Shown in pieces: positions 12,813-24,472 of a stretch of 64,000 bases of DNA (its first letter is position 1; every line of letters starts with the position of its first letter). The position numbers and the translations under genes were made by a program. This stretch comes from Nemertoderma westbladi (Eukaryota > Animalia > Xenacoelomorpha), in the NCBI GenBank assembly GCA_032718475.1, contig JAUCBJ010008653.1:34803-98802 (forward strand), in the 5' to 3' direction. Under the pieces are notes generated by a model. The model did no database searches. It was not told the DNA's origin and worked only from the letters and a program-made list of their open reading frames with translations.

Positions 12813-13573
12813 TATGGCATACTTTTAGTATTAAAACCCCATTTTATTATTCACTCATATTTTTTTAAGGAAAATAATTATGTACTCTTATTTTTATATG
12901 TGTAACTAATTTAATTGCATTATGTTCTCATTTTAAAATGAGTACACCTATAATTCGGGAAATTTTGCAATTTTGTACTCATATTTTTATAAGAGTCACT
13001 AATTCAAAGAATTATGTTCTCATTTTAAAATGAGTACACCATTAATTCGGAACATCTTTCAATTTTGTACTCATATTTTTATAAGAGTCACTAATTCAAA
13101 GAATTATGTTCTCATTTTAAAATGAGTACACCATTAATTCGGAACATCTTTCAATTTTGTACTCATATTTTTATAAGAGTCACTAATTCAAAGAATTATG
13201 TACTCATTTTAAAATGAGTACACCATTAATTCGGAACATGTTTCAATTTTGTACTCATATTTTTATAAGAGTCACTAATTCAAAGAATTATGTACGGTAC
13301 TCATTTTAAAATGAGTACACCATTAATTCGGAAAACCTTGCAATTTTGTACTCATATTTTACCCAATCGCGAATTTGCACCTCATCTTTTAATAATTGTC
13401 ACCCATCTTTTAACCAATCACGAATTTGCGCCTCATCTTCGAATAATTGCCACCCATCTTTTAGCCAATCGCGAATTTGCGCCTCATCTTTGAAAATATG
13501 TCACCCATCTTTTAACCAATCACGAATTTGCGCCTCATCTTCGAATAATTGCCACCCATCTTTTAGCCAATCA
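12813..13573 (+). repeat. Left TIR with internal tandem arrays (92-bp unit x ~5, 51-bp unit x ~4)
   Basis: 92-bp units start at 12921, 13013, 13105, 13197, 13289 and contain palindrome ctcattttaaaatgag; CCAAT at 13363, 13414, 13465, 13516, 13567. Confidence 0.92.
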
Positions 13574-13801
13574 TTGATAAGGCCTTTCTCCACTGTTGTA
13601 AAGAAGTATAAAGGGTGAATCGGACTACTGTTGAAATCATATGGTTTCTGTGATAGCATATGATAACGACGGTACATAAAGTTGCTGCACTGGCTATCGA
13701 GAGTTTAAGATTTACTAGTGGATGTGGGTGATTGGGTCTGTAAAAGTGGGCATAACATAAATGATTACTAGGCCTAAGTTGTATTGCCGTCATTAGTATC
13801 T

Positions 13802-16800
13802 CCCAGCAAAGTCATAGCATGATAAGTCGCTGATAAATTGCTACTAATTTCGCCGGCTAATACCCTGCTAATTTCGCCGGATAAAAGCCGGCTTTTTGGT
13901 TCCAATGTTCTTAAAGGTTTCGAAGGGTGGATTTCGAAGAGAAATATCCATCGTTTAGTAGACTTTTAGCCTTCGATTAGTAGTTTACGAAGCATATTCG
14001 AAGGATAATTCGAAGACAAAAATGCTTCGTTTAGTAGACTATTCGCCTGCGATTAGAAGTTTATTTAGCATTTTTCGAAGGATGATTTCGAAGATAAAAA
14101 TGCTTCGTTTAGTAGACTATTAGCCTTCAATTAGAAGTTTACGAAGCATTTTCGAAGGATAATTTCATACATTATTAGAAGCATTTTCGAAGCATAAAAA
14201 ATACTATTTTTCGAAGAAAAAAAATGTAACTGAAACACAAGTCCAATCACTGGACCTGACTGTGGATGCTTTGGTGAAGAGGGAGGGGGTATTAGCCTAT
14301 ACCTACTGTAGTAGCCTACCGTATCCTACCCTACACCCTACTTCCCTATCCTACAATACGTTATATACTTATTAATGGAAGCGGCTGAGTATATAGAGAA
14401 ATATATAATCAATATATATTTGAGGGTATCTATGGAAACTTTAGGTGATAATCGAGAAATTCGAATATGTTAGTTTAAATTTAAATAATTTCCCACATTT
14501 TCAGCCATATTAGATTATTCGTGTTGATGGATCTATGAAAATTAATTAAATTTAGATGCATTTAATTAATAATTATGCTTCTCTGATGACGAAAATATGC
14601 ATTATTTGCCTGATAATTTATCTTCGTTTTCGAAGACAATTATCAGCCATATATAAAGAATTGATAATATTTTACATAGTAATGGACCAAGCGGCTCGGC
14701 TGGTAAGGAAATGACCATATGCTGCGAATGCTCATCAGATTTACAAATTTGAAATTCCGGTTTCAAATTTCAGTTCCCAGTTACAGTACGAATTTAAATT
14801 CCCAGATACGAATTGTTCACAGTAGTAATAAGTCTTTCTTCTGGAAAGTGAATCTGAACCCTCAGTTACGTTCTAGGGGGGCGTTCATAAAGTATGTCAC
14901 GCAAATTTTCCCGATTTTTGACCACCCCCCCCCCCCTCCCCACCCCCTGTCACAAAATGTCACGCAAGCTCGACCCCCCCCCCCCCCTAGTGCGTGACAT
15001 ACTTTATCGAACACCCCCTAGTTACGTTTTTATATCATGTTCTAGAACATGGTTTATTTATTAAATATAAAAATAGCCTTGCGCCGTGAGAAAAACATTC
15101 AACATTCGAAAGCCCATATATACTGTATTTTCTAAATTTAAATTTTTTACATATTTGGAATCGTTGAATGGTCAGCTTTCCATCAGAACCAACAAATTAA
15201 TATAAGGTTGAATAACTGAGATGGGACTGGTGATGATATCGCCGCCGGTGACACTTTTTTCAAATGCTTGTTGCTAAAGAATAAAAAGCAAAAATACAAA
15301 TTATGTCTCAGTTACTACGGATGAGGGAGGTGAAACTACTGTAACTCTGTTTCATATCATGCTATTCATTAAAATTTGTATAAAAGTTAGGGAAGGGGGG
15401 GGGGGGGTATCATGTTTTTGAATTATGACACTACATTACAACATTATATTTAAAAGCATTCAATAATTATTTAATTCATTTTCTTAATCAAAGAGACCTT
15501 GGTGTAGTGGTTGCATTGAATTCACATCTCTTGGAGGTCGTGGGTTCAGTGTTCAGTCTGAAATCTAACAGTGTACTGCAGTATATGTATTCCAACGAAA
15601 AAATACGGTACGGGTCAGCAGGTACGGAACTTCCAACTGCGCTGCGATATGTTGTACTGTTAGTTACATGTGTACATGTGCTGATGTGCGACGTGCTGAT
15701 TGTACAGGCTGACCGGGGTGCATGATAGCAAGAAAATATCTGAATATTAAAATGTTAAATACTGTATTAAAATTTGTATATTAAAAAAAAGATTAAAAAT
15801 AATTATTAATTAAGAATAAATTTTATACAGTATAGAGCAGTAGAGTAAATAGTTTCTGTATCGTTATACTGTAGTATAAAAGGTACATTTTTTAAAACTT
15901 TCACTTTCGGATATAGTACACGTATTAATACTGAAAAAATATGTGCTTTGTTTGTCCCCAGGATTTCCCTGACTGCCTGAAAGACATACTGTAGTCAGAT
16001 ACTGTAGTCTCGTTTTTACAGGTGTCTGACATTCTGACAGTGACATACTGTAGGACAGTATGGACATCGCCTTTACCCCTAGCTCTGCCATACACTCAGA
16101 CCTGCAGACTCTGGATACATGGATTACTGCACCTTTAAGGACAGACACAGCATCACACAGTAATTAATGGATATATTTCATAAAACAATATGAATGGCAC
16201 TGGACATAATATAGATCAATTTTCTTTGCTTCAGATGATATATTATTATATAATCGACAATTCTAAAGAAATGATATGATAACTTTGTACTAATTTACTG
16301 CTAAATATGGTCCCCAGATAAAAAACGGATTATTAGGAGGCATAACTACAGTATATAATTATTATTTTACTCTCAGTATTTGCCGGATAAAATATAACAT
16401 ACAGTAACTATGCATAACTAAACAAAACTAAGCTAAATGATCCAACCTTTGAAAAGTCTACAAATTTATCCTTCGTTTTGAAGGTAAGTTATCCTTCGAA
16501 TAGTAGCATAAATTATCATTCTAAACGCAGGATAAAAACTATAATTCATCCACCCTTCGAAAAGTCTACAAATTTAGCCTTCATTTAGAAGGATAATTTA
16601 TCCTTCGAATAGCAGCATAAATTATCCTTCTAAACGAAGGATAAAAATTATCAATTCATCCACCCTTCGAAAAGTCTACAAATTTATCCTTCGTTTAGAA
16701 GGATAATTTATCCGGCGAATAGTAGGCATATTTATCCTTCTAGTTGCCGGCTAAAAACTAGCTAAATCTTCAGAACCTTCGAATAGTCTTCGAATTTATC

Positions 16801-16951
16801 CTTCGTTTAGAAGGATAATTTATCCTACGAATTGTAAACTGAATTATCAGACAATTTAGACGGCGAAAATGCTGATAATTTCGAAGAAAATTCATTTCGA
16901 TCAAATTAGTAGCATATTAGTAGCAATTTCGAAGGATGTGACTTTGCTGGG
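13802..16951. mobile_element. Non-autonomous CACTA/EnSpm-like DNA transposon nested in the IS3EU element
   Basis: TIR cccagcaaagtca / tgactttgctggg, 2-bp TSD CT (13800-13801 and 16952-16953), inverted degenerate subterminal ttcgaag repeat arrays (~13900-14220 and ~16440-16935); no transposase ORF. Confidence 0.75.
14877..15018. mobile_element. Small MITE
   Basis: TIR gggggcgttcataaagtatgtcacgca / tgcgtgacatactttatcgaacaccccc, flanked by TA on both sides. Confidence 0.8.
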
Positions 16952-17436
16952 CTTAGTCACTATTATTTACTTAATGTAGTTAGTGTTTCTAAGTTTCCAA
17001 AATTTTAATTGAGAAAAATACATTACTATATTGTAATTACTATATTGTAATTACTCATATTGTATTATTATTACTATCATATTTTTTCAATAAAGATAAG
17101 TACAGATATAGCGGAGTCAAGATACAGGAAAGTAGAGTTTAGTTAAGTGTAATCTACAAAACATTATTAAATACAATGTTAATACAAGTAAGTTGTATCT
17201 AAGAAGCAAAACATTAAACCGGTAATATTTCTCACCAGTTGTTACACGAGCTTAGTTGCATTCGCACATTTTCAGAAGTGAACATAGAGTTACAATTAAT
17301 AGAAACTAATTTTTTATCCTATTTTGGAACTAATTCTGACATTAGGCCATGTAATCTGGTACTGATAAACTGTACAGTGTAGACTATACATAACATTTGT
17401 GTAGCTTAGAGCTTATCATAATTCGTTGTGTTTGGG

Positions 17437-18777
17437 ATGGACCAAGAACAGCGTCGCTGCTGTAATTTACTTTATGGCGATGATAATATTTATTGCACAA
17501 GATGTGGACACCGTTTACAACAGTTGTCAGTGCCTCAACATCCTGTAGTTGATCTTACAACAACGACGACGTCTACGAGTAATCAGAATTGGTCGTTAGT
17601 TAACCCTAATGGTAGTGGACCTGGACAGTTACAATTTCCAAACACTCAAAACATTAACAAGCCAAGGCGCCCAGCAGAGCTTATAGAGGAATTGAATGCT
17701 ACATTTGCTCCTTATGGTAGTGGAAGATCTACAGGATTGTCAGGACATATCAGTCGTCGGTCATCGAGTTCGAGTGGTAATCGAAGGACATTACCGACAG
17801 TGTCAACTAGTGGTAGTCGATCAAGTGGTAGGCCGCGTTCCTCCTCTGTAACGAAGTCAGTCATTGTTATCAAAACAGAAGACGGCGATACTCGAGTTTG
17901 TAAAGATACCATTATTAAACAATGCATGGTAACATATACTGACAATTCCACTCAAGAAGAAGTGCAGTCAATAATTATGAATTCATTATTAGCACCACCG
18001 TCATGCAATTCTGACTTTGAGTTTATTAAAGTTTTCAATAAATCAATTCTACCCCTATCTGTGTCTGATAACTTTATATTTAATGGCCAGACACTTAAAT
18101 CGATTTATCCTAGAGATAAACCAATATATGTTCGGATTGAAAATAGAAGCAGCAATGAGTCCACTGTTATAGTCCCAACTACGATTTCCGAGAATGATAC
18201 ATTACCAACAACATTTTTGCAGGGGCAGGCAACCGTTGCAGAACATATCCCAATAACTTCCCCGCAAGTCATTAATAGAGAAGCCATACAAATATATTAT
18301 GAATCCATGTTAGTGGACGACTCTTCCGATGATGAATGTAATGAGAGAGACATGAATATAGCTCCATCCGGCAATATGGAAGGCATTATTGATGATGCAC
18401 GCAATTGGAAATTAAGAAAGGAAGACTTGGCTGTTTTGAAGAATTTGCAGCATTACTATGAGTACGACGACACAATGCCAGGATACATAGATGTCGATCT
18501 TCTGCAAAAGATATTAATCCGCAGGAGAAAACTAATGGATGATGTAATAGAAAAGGTGCATAATCTTAACCCTGGAGAGGGTATTGTGGTAACATTTTCA
18601 TGAGAGTCCGGTTGCGACCAAGGTGGCCTACGTCGTGATATGTTTGGAACATTTATTAATGCTTTAAGTAATTCCGCTCTGTTTTCGAATATTGATGGAT
18701 TAATAATACCCTCCGTAGCTGATATATCTAAGGATCTAATGGATATCCACAACCAATCATCCCCCTTAATAATTTAA
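17437..18777 (+). pseudogene. IS3EU second gene: N-terminal zinc ribbon plus start of a HECT E3 ligase-like domain; nonsense codon and truncated
   Basis: CCNLLYGDDNIYCTRCG at the N-terminus. Reading through TGA 18601-18603 gives ILIRRRKLMDD...IVVTFS*ESGCDQGGLRRDMF, matching the HECT N-lobe motif V-x-F-x-G-E-x-G-x-D-x-G-G-x-x-R-E-x-F. Confidence 0.7.
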
Positions 18778-19264
18778 GTTAATTGAAATTGACATATTAA
18801 TTTATTAACTTTACTTTTTTAATTTAATATCAAGATGAAGGCTCCTTACGTTTTAGGCCCGTGTGTTCCTATTAATTGTACTTTATGCTTATCCAATCTT
18901 CGCCCAATAATTACCAATTATTGGAAAGGAACAGGTTATAGTGGGATGCATTTCTAACCAAAACAATAAACGTGAGTCAATAGCACAGGTTAAACTTCCA
19001 TAATCAATTTTGATTGATAATCATCAATCATCAATTAAAAGTATTAGTTAAATAGGGAACAGTTCCGTATGTGCCAACATTTTCGTTGTTTTTTTTTCAA
19101 CAAATTTTCATGCTTTTTTAAGGGAGAAGTTTGCCGCGTCCCTCTTACTTACATTTATACCCGTCCGTCCCATGAGGTAATAACAGAAAATTGGTTGCGA
19201 AATAGCTGGAAATAATATAAAATTATTATAAACTAAAAATCGATACAAAAAATAACTAGTATCG

Positions 19265-21062
19265 TTATTCTTTATAATTAAATACAAATTGCTTGCAATA
19301 TAAATAGCAGTCAACACCGTATTTATTATCGGAATTATCAGACCCAAATCGGTGATTGATTTCACTGAGTAACTGTCTTTCAGATTCTTCGGATATAGGA
19401 CGTTCAATATTGGTAACATCAACAACTGTCTCTTGATCCTCAACAATCGGACCTGACCAATCTACTCCGTAATTATCTAGGTTTATATTGTTCATCTCAT
19501 CTGGTACGTTGTCGATGTCACATGTCGATGTTAATCGGCTATTGATGAAAATCTTCTGGGGGGTCCAGTAGCGTTCCGTGCGTAACCCATGTGCATTCCA
19601 ACCAATTACAAATCTTTCTAGAGCCGCGTTTATTTGTTTCTTGTAAGTAATATGCAAACAATATATATCATCGACAGAGGAGGGATCTAAATGGGAGTTG
19701 TCTTCTAGCCAAAAAAACAGCTCATAATAAACAATAACAACAGTACGGAATACATCTCTCCATAAGCGTTCTATCCTTTGATTGTGAGTACTTTTACCTG
19801 CAATAAAGCTTCCTCGTTTTGTGCCTCGATGACTTATCATATATTCGGCGACCAGTCAGTCTATTTTCCCCTCCCTTATCTCCTCTCACCCTTGAAGGGA
19901 GGCCGTATTTCCTAACTGCTTCCTCGAACAATGGCAAAACAGTTGCAGCACAGTTGTTACCCGATGCATAAAGGTATGTAATCAGACGGGAAAATCCATC
20001 AACCCCACCTAGTACAGTCGAATTAGCGAAAACATTCAATTGTAAACAATCATGAAATTTCGGTTTCCATCAACATTGAAATTTTAAAATTCCATCAACA
20101 TTTAATATTCTAGAATATATATAATATCATAACAGGGCCTATATTACCTATTTTGCTATTTCACTTCAGCTTTAGTTATCGATCCGAGATATTAATGTAT
20201 TTTTTTAAAGTGGCTTTCAACAACAAAAAAACTACAAAAGTCGTGGCTAAAATAACATTTTTTGTTTTTTTTCGCTTTTTCGAAAGTACTAACCATGTAT
20301 TACGAAGTTCCACCTTATAAGGCTATGATGGCCATCGATGTGCCATAAAGAATTGGCACCCTTTACATTATATCGTCGTCGGACCACAAGCGCTCGCCAC
20401 CTTGCTGCTGATAAAATGGGGTTGATTTCCCTTAAGACACGATGAACATGTCGAAGCGCGATGAACATATTTTGACTTCGTAGCATGGCATACACGAATC
20501 TACATCCCGCATAAGGGAATTGTTGATGAATTTCACCAATAACCTCTTTAATTTGGTTTTCATTCTCTAACGTATTGCGATACAAGTTTCGAACTCCCAA
20601 ACCAAATTGACGAACTCGGTCCATAATAGTTGATAGACTCACTCCGAATATCGCAGCAATCTGAGTCCAGTTAAATCCCGCCTCTTTGAGGTATTCAAGT
20701 TGAGACTTAGTAACGTTGTATCTTGGTCTCCCCGTATTATCAGGTCCCGGACCATTATGTGTGAGAACATGATTAAACAAAGAAGTACAATCAGGACTGA
20801 CCCTTATGTACAAGTTGGCGATACGAACTTGTAGGTATTGAACATATGTCAGATACTCAACAATTGCTGAATCATGAGCTGTCAAATTATTAGATTCCTT
20901 TATCATAGTTAAGCAATTACATATATTGGTGAGTTTAGCTAATAGGTACTCCTTGAATTCGTCATTAATTAATTGAGGTGAGTAATCAGGTTTTAAAACA
21001 CGTTCGCATTCGGTTATGATATGTTCCAAATGGTTGACAAATATACTTGCCGGAGTTTCCAT
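19265..21062 (-). pseudogene. IS3/integrase-like DDE transposase, two exons (21062-20294, 20008-19265), one frameshift
   Basis: HTH FNWTQIAAIFGVSLSTI; catalytic [26 protein letters not shown] intron (20293-20009) restores [11 protein letters not shown] 4-bp duplication at 19853-19860 shifts the frame. Confidence 0.88.
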
Positions 21063-21225
21063 GATAAACAATAAAAACTAAACTACTATAAAGTGGCAAT
21101 GATGAAATCAAATTTACAATATAAAAACAACAATTTAAATAACCTTAATAATAATAAAATAGCAAAATAATAATCATAACAAATATTAAAAGGGTTTTTT
21201 AAATACATAAAAATTATGTCATTCG

Positions 21226-21836
21226 TGATTGGCTAAAACATGGGTGACATATTTTCAAAGATGAGGCGCAAATTCGCGATTGGCTAAAAGATGGGTGGCA
21301 ATTATTCGAAGATGAGGCGCAAATTCGTGATTGGTTAAAAGATGGGTGACAATTATTAAAAGATGAGGCGCAAATTCGCGATTGGCTAAAATATGAGTAC
21401 AAAATTGCAAGGTTTTCCGAATTAATGGTGTATTCATTTTAAAATGAGAACATAATTCTTTGAATTAGTGACTCTTATAAAAATATGAGTACAAAATTAA
21501 AGGATTTTCCGAATTAATGGTGTACTCATTTTAAAATGAGAACATAATACACTGAATTAGTGACTCTTATAAAAATATGAGTACAAAATTAAAGGATTTT
21601 CCGAATTAATGGTGTACTCATTTTAAAATGAGAACATAATTCTTTGAATTAGTGACTCTTATAAAAATATGAGTACAAAATTGCAAAATTTTCCGAATTA
21701 ATGGTGTACTCATTTTAAAATGAGAACATAACTCTTTGAATTAGAGACTCTTATAAAAATATGAGTACAAAATTATTTTCCTTAAAAAATATGAGTAAAT
21801 AATAAAATGGGGTTTTAATACTAAAAGTATGCCATA
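21226..21836 (-). repeat. Right TIR of the IS3EU element
   Basis: Reverse complement of the left TIR, about one 92-bp and one 51-bp unit shorter. Confidence 0.92.
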
Positions 21837-21919
21837 GAAAACCAGCTGATTTATCCTACAGTAATAATAATTTAACGCATGTTAATTTTGGATAAATAAA
21901 TATATTATAACTACAATAA

Positions 21920-22148
21920 CAGTTACACTGATACTGCACGAAGGCCCCACGCAAATTCTACTTGGAAAATTTTCAAACTTTTGCCAAACAACATGTGTAC
22001 CAAGTTTGGATAGATTTCATCAAGGATTGGCCGAGTTATTAACGTTTAAAATAAAATACTGAAAAAAAACGCGACAGAACGACAGAACGACAGGTTGATT
22101 AATGGTACCACTACGCTAAGGCTCTCTCACTTCGTGGCTCGCCCCACA
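21920..22148. repeat. Short interspersed repeat, possibly Helentron-associated (HINE/DINE-like)
   Basis: cgaaggccccacg (~21938) and gtgtaccaagtttgg...atttcatc (~21995) have inverted matches at ~9479-9495 and ~10682-10710; includes a short gacagaac microrepeat. Family assignment is tentative. Confidence 0.35.
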
Positions 22149-22920
22149 TGTAGGAATAACGTTATTGTAAACGGGTTGGAAAATTATCTGGATGTAAAGG
22201 TGCTTCCTTATTTGTGCTTCAGTTTAGTGTCACTGTCATTTGTTTGACAAAGTGTTGGTACCGACCGTTTTGGTCTTTGGTACAACGTCAAACGTGGTCA
22301 GGCTATCCATTGTTATTAATTATTACATTGTGGTAGGCTTTACTGATCAACTTTATAGACTAACAATTATTGTCTGTCTATATGTACTTACGGTATATGC
22401 ATTTAGGCTTTCAGTTTGTATCTGCCTTACTGCCTGTGCCTATCTGTATCTGTATACCGTATGTTATTGTTGTAGGCTGGTTGTAGAAGTTAAACAATTA
22501 ATCAGTCTTTTACAGGACACGGCGGCGTAGTGTATCTTAATAGTTTTAAGATACTTGCTTCCTTACGTTCTTGTTAAGTCAGTTGGGTTTATATTTTTGT
22601 ATATCTGTATTATGTACATTTGGTTACACGACATTTACTATAGTAACCCACTAACCACTCCACGGCATAGTGATTGTTTCGCCAGTACAATTGCAGCAAT
22701 TTAAGTTTTATATACTGTATGATACATTTATAGCTGATGTTATCATAGGACGTCATGAACCCTATGCTTACTTTATTCAGCTGGTGAATGTCATACTGTA
22801 TTTTTGCTTCAATTTTGCACTGTTGCAGCAGTCATCTATCGTGTCGTACTATCACTCGCAGCAACAACTTCACACTGTATATCACGGGATGTTTACGTAA
22901 AGGTAGTTTAATAATCCTTA

Positions 22921-23773
22921 AGTCGAGGAAATCCTGCCAAGTACCTAACTGATCTAGACTTTGCTGATGACTTAGGAGTACTCTCAGAATCATTAGAGGG
23001 AGCCCAGCGGCTCCTCAGCTCATTAGAACATGCTGCTTCTAGTGTTGGTCTTTTTATTAACTCCAGAAAGACCAAAATACAGTTAACTTTGAAAGTCCTC
23101 AGCAAGTCTCTGATCGGATGAGCATAAGCTCAAAGGATGGTGTGCTTGAGCATGTGGACGACTTCTGTTACCTGGGATCATGGATCTGGAAGTCAGGTGA
23201 GGACCTTCGAATACGTAAGGGAAAGGCATGGGCAGCCTTGAATAGGCTTTCCAGGATTTGGAAGTCACCGAGAATTAATCGGAAACTTAAGGTCCGGTTA
23301 TTTAGAGCAGCAGTAGTTCCAGTACTCCTCTATGGGAGTCCATGCTGGGCTCTAACTGCTGTGGACACCAAATCTCTGAAGAACACAAGAATGCTACGCC
23401 GGGTTCATTGTGTCAAGTACAATGCACACATCTCCAACCAGACACTATATAACATTGGAGGTGTCTCATTGGTTCCCCCAAGCTTGACACTAGAACAAAA
23501 TCGCCTCCGCTTTGCAGGACATTGCTTTCGCCGTGAGGACCAGCCAGTGCATAATCTTGTACTTTGGCAGCCTCATGGAGTGAATAAGCATGGTGGACAG
23601 CCCATGACTTTCTTGAGACGCATCTTAAAGGACACTGGCCTTAAAGATGCGGATGATCTAGCAAATGTCATGGGTGATAGGGAGTTGTGGCGGTGCAATT
23701 TTGTTGACAAGCCGGCACAGCATTCTTAAAAATGCAGCTGCAATGCAGCATGCCGATCCTAGTAGTAGTAGTA
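22921..23773 (+). mobile_element. RTE-clade LINE, 5'-truncated
   Basis: RT C-terminus DLDFADDL, FCYLGS, RLRFAGHC; (TAG)n tail; 13-bp TSD gtagtttaataat (22903-22915 and 23774-23786). Confidence 0.9.
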
Positions 23774-24472
23774 GTAGTTTAATAATAAGTGCACTACTAA
23801 AGATATATATATATCACCGGTACTGTGTTTACTAGACATACTTATTAGGCAGACAACACGTAGTGCCTACTATATTTTATTATTAAATCTGCGGATATTC
23901 TTGTGTTGTTTAAAATGGTGTAGGCCTTTTATCATTATCTATCATATCCATATTCTTTCTGCACATCAAATAATATTGATATTGAATCGTTATATTATTT
24001 TGTTAGATTAACACATTTGTTTTGTTATATATATTGTGGAATATATGGCAGTAAACGAATAATATTAAACATCGGTCGCTGGTATTGTGAATGGCAATCA
24101 GCATTATTTAAAAATCTGCTTAAACATATATTATTGAAATACATTTGATAGTGTAGGCCTTTGTTTATTTGTAGGGCTTTCAAGTTGAGTAGGCTGCACC
24201 ATCACTGTTTTCCCTGAATGCGGCCGGTACTTCTGTACAAATTGTAAGTTGCCTCGTAACGGTAACTCGTAAAATTATTAAAGACGATATCCTACGCAGT
24301 ACTCACAAGTGGTTGGGTTCAGGTGTTCAGTTTATTTGGGTGGACGCATTTGAATATATTGAACATTTTGAACTTCGGTTTACCTCTCAAGTTTTTGTCA
24401 AATTGTCAATAATTGGCAAATTAAATATTCCCCAATATATCAAATAAGTAAAATAAAATCAACAAATGAGAT

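Larger units (their letters stand above)
12813..21836 (-). mobile_element. IS3EU-type DDE DNA transposon, full length (~9 kb including a nested element)
   Basis: Termini TATGGCATAC.../...GTATGCCATA, 6-bp TSD GAAAAC (12807-12812 and 21837-21842), long TIRs, IS3/integrase-like transposase plus a second convergent gene. TAY..RTA ends with 6-bp TSD fit IS3EU. Confidence 0.85.

Noticed and set aside
12921-13573. Regular repeats with palindromes resembling a CRISPR array
   Set aside because: Units are tandem with no unique spacers, are mirrored in the opposite TIR, and there are no cas genes; the context is eukaryotic.
13290-13618. Short ORFs within the TIRs (also 21214-21437)
   Set aside because: Translations of the 51-bp repeat, which is a multiple of 3; no evidence of coding function.
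19265-21071. Bacterial IS3 contamination or a retroviral integrase
   Set aside because: Has a GT-AG intron, very long TIRs, a 6-bp TSD and no RT, which fits a eukaryotic IS3EU DNA transposon.
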